Shown here piece by piece: positions 49,305 through 56,273 of a DNA stretch of 58,644 nucleotides. The notes below the pieces were generated by a model, which saw only the letters and a list, made by a program, of their open reading frames with translations, had not been told where the DNA came from and searched no databases. The stretch comes from Bdellovibrionales bacterium (GTDB lineage Bacteria > Bdellovibrionota > Bdellovibrionia > Bdellovibrionales > UBA1609), in NCBI GenBank assembly GCA_013216195.1, contig JABSOQ010000005.1, positions 1 through 58,644 on the forward strand, in the 5' to 3' direction. Numbering within the stretch: position 1 is the first letter of the stretch; the number at the start of each line of letters is the position of its first letter. The position numbers and the translations under genes were made by a program.

Positions 49305-50160
49305 ACATACCTTCTCGCTGCCAAGCCTCAACAACACTAGGTTGAACCACTTTAGACACCAATCTCTTGAACACATTCATTTTGAATTCGGCTCTTTCCA
49401 CGGCTTCAACCTCTCTTAAAAACTTTTGAAGCTCAGCACGCCCCAACTGAGAGTCTGCCGAAAATACGGTTTGGGCCAACTGCAGCGGGCCAATCGCTAT
49501 AGACTGAGCCATTGTCGTCAGTGTTTGGTACACGAAGCTCGATTCAAAGAGATCGCGATCAGTTAGCTTGTCTTTTTCAATCATGGCCAAGCCACCAGAA
49601 TGGTGCTTGGCCTCGTCTTTAAGAATCTCAACAAATACTTTCTTGAGTGCTTCGTGATTGCAGTTTTTTTGAAGCTCCTGATAGTAATGAAGGCCCCAAC
49701 CCTCAAGTGTGGTCTGCACAAGAATTAAACCTTCAAAGAAGTTTGCCTTCTTTACGATCCCTGAGACGAACTGAGAGAACTCAGACTCAAGCTGTCCGTC
49801 AATTTCAGATACAAATGGGCAGATCATCTCAAAGTGCCTAGATTCTTGAGAGGCGAACTCGCAAAACACCTGGCGCTGATCAATGTTTTGACTCAGCAAC
49901 CCCATCTTATTGGCGTAGGCCATTCCGGCCATTTCGATATGCAAGGTCTCTTTTAGCAAGCCCTCTGACAACTCTGCATGAATGCGGCCTCTGACATCTT
50001 GAGAAAGTCCGTTCCACACTTCAGAGTTTGCGATACCAAAAAACTCCTCAGAAAACAGAGTTTCACCATCGGGCGATTTCCTTTCCGGGTAGCCCTTAAG
50101 CTTTTGTAGTGTCTCGTGAGATAGGCTATCTTTTTCTGGCAATACCACATTGTATTTCAT
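49204..50160 (-). CDS. Ferritin-like di-iron carboxylate protein
   Basis: Ordered ligand set HIEMAG, SQESRH, TLEGWG and KDEAKH (E, ExxH, E, ExxH). Confidence 0.6.
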   Translation of the reverse strand: MKYNVVLPEKDSLSHETLQKLKGYPERKSPDGETLFSEEFFGIANSEVWNGLSQDVRGRIHAELSEGLLKETLHIEMAGMAYANKMGLLSQNIDQRQVFCEFASQESRHFEMICPFVSEIDGQLESEFSQFVSGIVKKANFFEGLILVQTTLEGWGLHYYQELQKNCNHEALKKVFVEILKDEAKHHSGGLAMIEKDKLTDRDLFESSFVYQTLTTMAQSIAIGPLQLAQTVFSADSQLGRAELQKFLREVEAVERAEFKMNVFKRLVSKVVQPSVVEAWQREGMFKVLAESEMANLVSLGTEQIHLPKQGPSADASL

Positions 50161-51008
50161 ACTGACGAGCCCTCAACTGCAGACATCATATTACTTGCAG
50201 TTTTCTGCATGAGAGAGTCGTAAACTGCTTCTGGCAAAAAGCGCTTTAAAAACCAACCCAAACGAGCATCTTTACCTACAGTAACTGACTTTCTCCTATT
50301 GCCCTCGATGAGCTGAACAATCTTGTGCACGACCTCCATCTTGTCTGGTGGGTTCGGCCTGCTACTGAGCTTCTTTTGAAACTGCTTTAGGCCGCGTACT
50401 TGCTGGAGATATACGTCTTCTTTCAACCCCTCTTCAAAAATCGCATTTTCCAAAAAATTAGTACGGTAGCCTCCCGGTCGCACCGAAAAAACATCGACAC
50501 CATGAGGCTTTAACTCAAGAGCAAGCGATTGAGTGAAGCCTTCAACAGCAAACTTCGAAGCGCAATAAACTGATGTCAATGGAAAGCCCATAAAACCAAA
50601 TGCACTCGACACATTCACGATCTTGCCTTTCGATGTTCTCAAGGCTGGCAACAGCTCCCTTGTCAGCTTCATCAAACCCACTAGATTGGTGTTGATAAGT
50701 CTCTCCATCGCCTCATCTGTCACTTCTTCTAAAGGGCCAAAGTGCCCAAGCCCAGCATTGTTAACTAAGCAATCGAGTGTCTTGTGTTCGAAGAATTCTT
50801 TAACTTGGGCGATTTGAGAGGGCTCATTCACATCGAGATCTATTAACTGGAGCCGCGCCCTCAGATCTTCAGAGATCGAAGCAAAGATCTTGCTTCGAGA
50901 ACAAATACTCCTGCCTGTTGCTACCACCTCGTAGTCTTTTTGCAAAAGCTCCTCAACTAAAGAGAGGCCAAACCCAGAGGTCGCACCAGTAATTAAAACT
51001 GTCTTCAT
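50157..51008 (-). CDS. Short-chain dehydrogenase/reductase
   Basis: VLITGATSGFGLS, NNAG and YCASKFAVEG. The MKTV start ATG at 51008 overlaps the upstream stop as ATGA. The track ORF extends to 51095. Confidence 0.85.
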   Translation of the reverse strand: MKTVLITGATSGFGLSLVEELLQKDYEVVATGRSICSRSKIFASISEDLRARLQLIDLDVNEPSQIAQVKEFFEHKTLDCLVNNAGLGHFGPLEEVTDEAMERLINTNLVGLMKLTRELLPALRTSKGKIVNVSSAFGFMGFPLTSVYCASKFAVEGFTQSLALELKPHGVDVFSVRPGGYRTNFLENAIFEEGLKEDVYLQQVRGLKQFQKKLSSRPNPPDKMEVVHKIVQLIEGNRRKSVTVGKDARLGWFLKRFLPEAVYDSLMQKTASNMMSAVEGSSV

Positions 51009-51829
51009 TTTTCTACTTTCTTTTTCAGCAGACTTTTCAAAAGCTTTTTCATTGAATATTTCAGAGGCATAAACAGAGTCATTTTCGCGATACAACAGAG
51101 CTCCTGCCCGTCTTGCCAGTTCGGGTTGCTCTGTTGAAAGAAGGCGATACGAGGGTTCTTTAAAAACTTCTCTTTTACGCAGGCGACGTCCGGCTTCAGT
51201 TGGCAGCTCAGACCCTTGGGCACAATTCTCATCGACTCATGATCAAAAGTCTCTTTGAACCTTTGGCTGTAAAACTCATGCATCAACTGCTGATGAAAAA
51301 GGTCTGTAGGCTTCTCATAACGAGGAAAATGAGTATCGAAATTATTTGCCATCAAAAGGTAGGTTTTGTAGCCCTTTGAAATCAAAAACCAGTAAAGTGG
51401 CTGAAATGGCCTCTTGATCTTGAGCTTCCAGAGGTGCTGCAGAAAGGCGATACCCAGCTGCGGTGAGCCCCAATATTGCTCACTCAGAACAGTGTCACCA
51501 CTGTAAACCCCGGTGTAACTCACGCCATCGTTTTCACTCTCAATCTCGAGAATAGTTGAAAAGCCCTGAAGAGTTTTGTGCTTTTTCTCCATCAAGAGAA
51601 TCACTTTGGTCTTTTCAAATAGATCTTTTATAAATTGATCTCGCGGATGATTGTCGTAGTATTCAGCAAACAGCTGAAACATTCTCTCAACCTGTAGAGA
51701 TGTTAAGTCTTCCACATCAACGACTTGCGAGAACAAACTTTCACGTCTGAGCTTTTTTCGAGGCTTTGATTGTACCCGAGGCTCTGCTCGAACATCCCTT
51801 GCTGCTTTTTGGTTTGGGACCACTTCCAT
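51005..51829 (-). CDS. Hypothetical protein (possible GNAT-like acyltransferase)
   Basis: 274 aa with a strong RBS (GAGGGGG). No firm motif. It is the first gene downstream of fusA on the same strand. Confidence 0.45.
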   Translation of the reverse strand: MEVVPNQKAARDVRAEPRVQSKPRKKLRRESLFSQVVDVEDLTSLQVERMFQLFAEYYDNHPRDQFIKDLFEKTKVILLMEKKHKTLQGFSTILEIESENDGVSYTGVYSGDTVLSEQYWGSPQLGIAFLQHLWKLKIKRPFQPLYWFLISKGYKTYLLMANNFDTHFPRYEKPTDLFHQQLMHEFYSQRFKETFDHESMRIVPKGLSCQLKPDVACVKEKFLKNPRIAFFQQSNPNWQDGQELCCIAKMTLFMPLKYSMKKLLKSLLKKKVEK

Positions 51830-51928
51830 GTCACCCCCTCTTCAGTTACTCAGTTTCCGAGTTCACCCAAAGAGAGGCAAGTCTGATTTTCATTAACAAA
51901 GCAGTGCATTCCAGACCTTGGTCTAATG

Positions 51929-54016
51929 CTACCTGCCTAAGTGGTGAAGGATCTCGCTCTCAACCTTTGAAGGCACGAGCTGATAGTCTTTAAACTCCAT
52001 TGAGAAGCTTGCACGGCCCTGAGAAACCGAACGCAGATCTGTGGCATAACCAAACATAGTCATCAATGGCACCTCAGCATCAACGATCTGCTGGTCGCCT
52101 TTAGGGTTCATCGAGTGAACTTTACCTCTTCGGCCATTCAAATCACCAATCACATTGCCCATAAACTCTTCAGGCACCACAACTTCAACCTTGAACACAG
52201 GCTCAAGCAACTGAACGTTTGCTGATTTTAGAGCCTCTCTGACGGCATTTCCTGCTGCCACTCGGCTTGCCATTGGGGTTGCCTGATCAGGCCTAAGATC
52301 GACAGACTCAAGAGTGATTTTCATGTCGATAAGCGAATAACCACCTTTCGGCCCAACTTCCGCAGCCTCTCTAGCACCAGCCTCGAATGCCCGCTTAAGC
52401 TCATCGTTAAGTAGGTCATGCGAAGATTTATTATCGACCAGAATACCTTCACCTCTTTCGAGAGGCTCAATTTTCACTGAACACTTTGCATAGTGCTCCT
52501 GGCCACCTAACTCTTTTTCGAACACTGAAGAACCTGAAGCCGACGATTCAATGCTTTCTCGGTAAGAAACCTGAGGCTTACCCACATTCGCTTGAACCTT
52601 ATGCTCACGAAACAGGCGGTCAACAAGAATCTCGAGATGCAATTCACCCATCCCGCTCAGTAGCATCTGACCCGTTTCAGGATCTTGCCTAATCGCACAG
52701 CTTGGGTCTTCAACAAGCAAACGATCTAAGGCTTTCTCCATTTTACTCTGATCAGAAGAAGATTTGGCTTCAATAGCAACCGAGATAACCGGGTCAGGAA
52801 AAGTGATCGATTCTAAAACCACTAATCTTTTTGAATCACAAAGAGTGTCGCCAGTGGCCGTCAACTTAAGGCCAACTACAGCTCCGATGTCACCAGCCTT
52901 TAACTCTTGAATTTCTTCTCTTGAGTTAGCGTGCATTCGAACAATTTTCTGCAACCTCTCACGTTTGGCCAATCGTGGGTTCATTAAAGTCTCGCCCGAC
53001 TTCACCACACCTGAATAGACTCTGATGTAGGTCAATGAACCTGCAAATGGGTCAGAAGCAATTTTAAATGCAAGAGCCACCGCTGGTGAGTCAAATTCGG
53101 TTGGACATTCAATTTTTTTAGACTCATCGTTAACATTGCTACCAACAATTGCCTCTACATCTAGTGGGCTCGGCAAAAAATCGACCACGGCATCAAGCAG
53201 GGGCTGCACCCCTTTGTTTTTAAAAGAGGCTCCGCAAAGAACTGGCATCAACTGCAAACTCAATGTGCCAGCGCGAATTGCAGACTTCACTTCTTCTTCA
53301 GTTAAATCTCCCTCTTCGAGATACTTCTCCATGATCGCATCATCAAACTCAGCCACGGCTTCGAGCATTTGCTCTCGGTAGGTATTAGCATCTTCTTGCA
53401 AGCTTGTGGGGATCTCGACCTCATTGAAGTCGGCACCGATATCATCGCTCTCCCAGATCAACGCTTTCATCTTAACCAAATCGATCACGCCTTCGAATTT
53501 GTCTTCAGCACCAATAGGCAATTGAATAGGTACCGCATTCGCCTTCAAACGTTCTCTGATGGTGCCAACTGACATGTGAAAGTCAGCACCAATACGGTCC
53601 ATTTTGTTAACGAAGCACATTCTAGGCACATTGTACTTGTTGGCTTGGCGCCATACCGTTTCACTTTGTGGCTCGACACCATTCACACCATCAAACACAG
53701 CAATAGCACCATCGAGAACCCTTAGAGCCCGCTCAACCTCGATGGTGAAGTCAACGTGGCCAGGAGTATCGATGATATTGATTCGGTGATCACTCCAAGA
53801 GGTGGTAGTGGCAGCAGAGGTAATTGTAATTCCTCGTTCTTGCTCTTGCTCCATCCAGTCCATGGTGGCATCGCCCTCATGCACCTCGCCGATTTTATGA
53901 CTCTTACCTGAGTAATAGAGAATTCTCTCGGTAGTGGTGGTTTTACCAGCATCGATATGAGCCATGATCCCGATGTTTCGGGTCCACTTGAGATCTTCGA
54001 TTTTCTTGGGGTTCAT
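51929..54016 (-). CDS. fusA: Elongation factor G
   Basis: [22 protein letters not shown] and DTPGHVDF. Canonical start [16 protein letters not shown] at ATG 54016. The track ORF extends to 54070. Confidence 0.97.
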   Translation of the reverse strand: MNPKKIEDLKWTRNIGIMAHIDAGKTTTTERILYYSGKSHKIGEVHEGDATMDWMEQEQERGITITSAATTTSWSDHRINIIDTPGHVDFTIEVERALRVLDGAIAVFDGVNGVEPQSETVWRQANKYNVPRMCFVNKMDRIGADFHMSVGTIRERLKANAVPIQLPIGAEDKFEGVIDLVKMKALIWESDDIGADFNEVEIPTSLQEDANTYREQMLEAVAEFDDAIMEKYLEEGDLTEEEVKSAIRAGTLSLQLMPVLCGASFKNKGVQPLLDAVVDFLPSPLDVEAIVGSNVNDESKKIECPTEFDSPAVALAFKIASDPFAGSLTYIRVYSGVVKSGETLMNPRLAKRERLQKIVRMHANSREEIQELKAGDIGAVVGLKLTATGDTLCDSKRLVVLESITFPDPVISVAIEAKSSSDQSKMEKALDRLLVEDPSCAIRQDPETGQMLLSGMGELHLEILVDRLFREHKVQANVGKPQVSYRESIESSASGSSVFEKELGGQEHYAKCSVKIEPLERGEGILVDNKSSHDLLNDELKRAFEAGAREAAEVGPKGGYSLIDMKITLESVDLRPDQATPMASRVAAGNAVREALKSANVQLLEPVFKVEVVVPEEFMGNVIGDLNGRRGKVHSMNPKGDQQIVDAEVPLMTMFGYATDLRSVSQGRASFSMEFKDYQLVPSKVESEILHHLGR

Positions 54017-54130
54017 GGCTTTTGACACGTTGGGGCCTCTTTCAATTGTGACTGCAAAACACGCCGACAATATACAAAAAAAGCACTCTCAAGTGGAGTG
54101 CTTTCTTTGATTCTAGATTGTCTAGTCTGA

Positions 54131-54604
54131 CTACCAGTTGTAGTGCGAGAAAGCCTTGTTGGCTTCTGCCATGCGGTGGACGTCTTCCTTCTTTTTGATT
54201 GCGTTACCACGGTTGTTGTAAGCATCGGCAAGCTCTGAAGCGAGACGAGTCGCAAACGACTTCTCGCCTCGCGAACGAGCGTAGCTCACCAACCAACGCA
54301 TAGAAAGTGTCAGTCTTCTTGATGGTCTTACATCAACAGGTACCTGATAAGTTGCACCACCAACTCGGCGTGAGCGAACTTCTAGGTTTGGCTTGCAGTT
54401 TTCGATAGCTTTCTTAAAAGTCGTCAATGGCTCTTCACCAGGAACTTTCTCTCGCAATTGATCAAGAGCTGAATAAACAGACTGTTGAGCAACTGTCTTT
54501 TTGCCATCGAGCATGACCTTGTTCACGAACTTCGCGAGGGTCACATCGTTATATACAGGATCTGGTAGGATCTCTCTTTTATAATTCGTTCTTCTACGTG
54601 ACAT
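54131..54604 (-). CDS. rpsG: 30S ribosomal protein S7
   Basis: [20 protein letters not shown]. 157 aa. Confidence 0.96.
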   Translation of the reverse strand: MSRRRTNYKREILPDPVYNDVTLAKFVNKVMLDGKKTVAQQSVYSALDQLREKVPGEEPLTTFKKAIENCKPNLEVRSRRVGGATYQVPVDVRPSRRLTLSMRWLVSYARSRGEKSFATRLASELADAYNNRGNAIKKKEDVHRMAEANKAFSHYNW

Positions 54605-54617
54605 GACTTAATACCTC

Positions 54618-54992
54618 TTATGATTTTGGTCGCTTAGTACCGTACTTCGAGCGACCATGTTTTCGATCGTTCACACCTTGAGTGTCGAGAACACCTCGGA
54701 CGATGTGATAACGAACACCTGGAAGATCCTTCACCCTTCCACCACGAATCACAACCACACTGTGCTCTTGCAAGTTGTGCCCGATTCCAGGGATGTATGA
54801 GTTCACTTCAAATCCATTACTAAGTCTTACACGAGCCACTTTTCTAAGGGCTGAATTCGGCTTTTTCGGAGTCGTAGTAAAGACTCGCGTACATACTCCT
54901 CGGCGCTGTGGGCACGAGGTCAAAGCCGGTGATTTAGACTTTTCCTTCTGTAGCTTCCGCTGTCTGCGGATTAATTGATTAATAGTCGGCAT
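54618..54992 (-). CDS. rpsL: 30S ribosomal protein S12
   Basis: [13 protein letters not shown] ... [16 protein letters not shown]. Confidence 0.97.
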   Translation of the reverse strand: MPTINQLIRRQRKLQKEKSKSPALTSCPQRRGVCTRVFTTTPKKPNSALRKVARVRLSNGFEVNSYIPGIGHNLQEHSVVVIRGGRVKDLPGVRYHIVRGVLDTQGVNDRKHGRSKYGTKRPKS

Positions 54993-55037
54993 GTAATTCC
55001 TCTTCTTCTCGAAAAAACCGATTAAATTGAAAGGAGG

Positions 55038-55066
55038 AAACTACGGAATTTGACCAGATTCGTCAA
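55038..55066 (-). promoter_or_regulatory. Weak candidate promoter for the str operon
   Basis: The minus strand reads TTGACG, 17 nt, then TAGTTT. The -10 is poor. By-eye only. Confidence 0.2.
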
Positions 55067-55250
55067 CTGCAAAAGGGCCTATTTCACAGGCTTTTCTACT
55101 ACTTAAAGCTGTGGCTTCAAGCCGGCCTTACAGCTTCAGCCAGCCAATAACGGCACCCAAAACCGAACCTCAGACGCAAAGTATTGAATAAATTACAACT
55201 AATCTGATTGATTTTAGCCTCAGGCCATTGAAGCAGCTCGTCAATATCCT

Positions 55251-56273
55251 CTAGAATTCAACCCTTTGCACCTTGTAGCCCAGGTCCTGTAGCAGACGAT
55301 TAAGGCCTTGTTCTCCGTAGATGTGCAAGGCCCCAACGATAACCAGTGAGTATCCCTCAGGCTCGCTTATCAGTTGCTCAAGCTTTACAAGCCAGTTCTG
55401 ATTTCGGTCGTACAGCATGGCATCTCGATATCGTTCATTCATTTGCAATATCATTCGCTCAAAAGCTTCATCATGGCCTTGATGATAATTTCTGGCCATT
55501 TGCTGGTGGTTTTGTAACATCCATTCAAACACATTGTCTGACTCTGCTAAAAATTCAGTAATGGCCTCAGCAGTATGGCTTTCGTAATAGTCTTGAAAAT
55601 AACGACCATGCGGGGGCTCGAGATAACCCTTAAAAGCGCCAGCGGCCTCCGCGACTCTTGCGATCTGATCGTCGATTTGAATCGGTTGGGCGCGAAGCTC
55701 ACTTGTTACGATCTCCGAGATTTTAGAGACTTCCATAAAGAAACCGTAAGGGGTCAGGTACTCAAATAACGCCTGCCACTTTGGCGTGTACAACTCAGGC
55801 ACCTTCTCAAAAAGGCTTTGTTTAAAATTCGTGAACGAATCTAGGTCAGACTGAATTCTTTCGAGTTCATTAGGCTTAAGCAATTGAGCCAAACTGTTCG
55901 GATGATGAGGCTCAGCTCTCTGAGCTCTGCGATCATCATCACCACCCACTCGGCTAGAATGTTCGGTGTAGACCCGCCTCGCACCCTCAAAAACAGGTAT
56001 CACTTTCTCTGGAAAATGCCTGAGACTCATGTACCTATGCATGGTACCGACCAAGACAACTTTGATTTGACCAGACCGATCAGAGACTGCCCACAAAGGG
56101 GGGCGCTCCATAATCAATGGTTCTCCTGCAGGAGTGTAAAGCTGGCTGTCAATGGTATAGCTTTGCAACAACTCTGGAAGCGAGAGCTCATCACTGCAGC
56201 TCAGGGTGGCGTAAGCATCACAATGAGCCCACAAAACCAACAGAGATAGAAAAAATCTTATTGCGTAATCCAA
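55251..56273 (-). CDS. TraB/GumN-family protein, secreted
   Basis: Signal FFLSLLVLWAHCDAYA. Family-like VVLVGTMHR near the N-terminus and LVIVGALHIYGEQGL near the C-terminus. Confidence 0.6.
   Translation of the reverse strand: MDYAIRFFLSLLVLWAHCDAYATLSCSDELSLPELLQSYTIDSQLYTPAGEPLIMERPPLWAVSDRSGQIKVVLVGTMHRYMSLRHFPEKVIPVFEGARRVYTEHSSRVGGDDDRRAQRAEPHHPNSLAQLLKPNELERIQSDLDSFTNFKQSLFEKVPELYTPKWQALFEYLTPYGFFMEVSKISEIVTSELRAQPIQIDDQIARVAEAAGAFKGYLEPPHGRYFQDYYESHTAEAITEFLAESDNVFEWMLQNHQQMARNYHQGHDEAFERMILQMNERYRDAMLYDRNQNWLVKLEQLISEPEGYSLVIVGALHIYGEQGLNRLLQDLGYKVQRVEF

Noticed and set aside
22931-51928. Classical genomic island or prophage interpretation of the 29-kb block
   Set aside because: I recognised no integrase, transposase, phage structural genes, tRNA target or flanking direct repeats. 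I keep it as a synteny break, not a called mobile element.
54017-54070. N-terminal 18-aa extension of fusA in the ORF track ([18 protein letters not shown])
   Set aside because: The canonical EF-G N-terminus begins at [16 protein letters not shown], with ATG at 54016. The extension is not EF-G-like.
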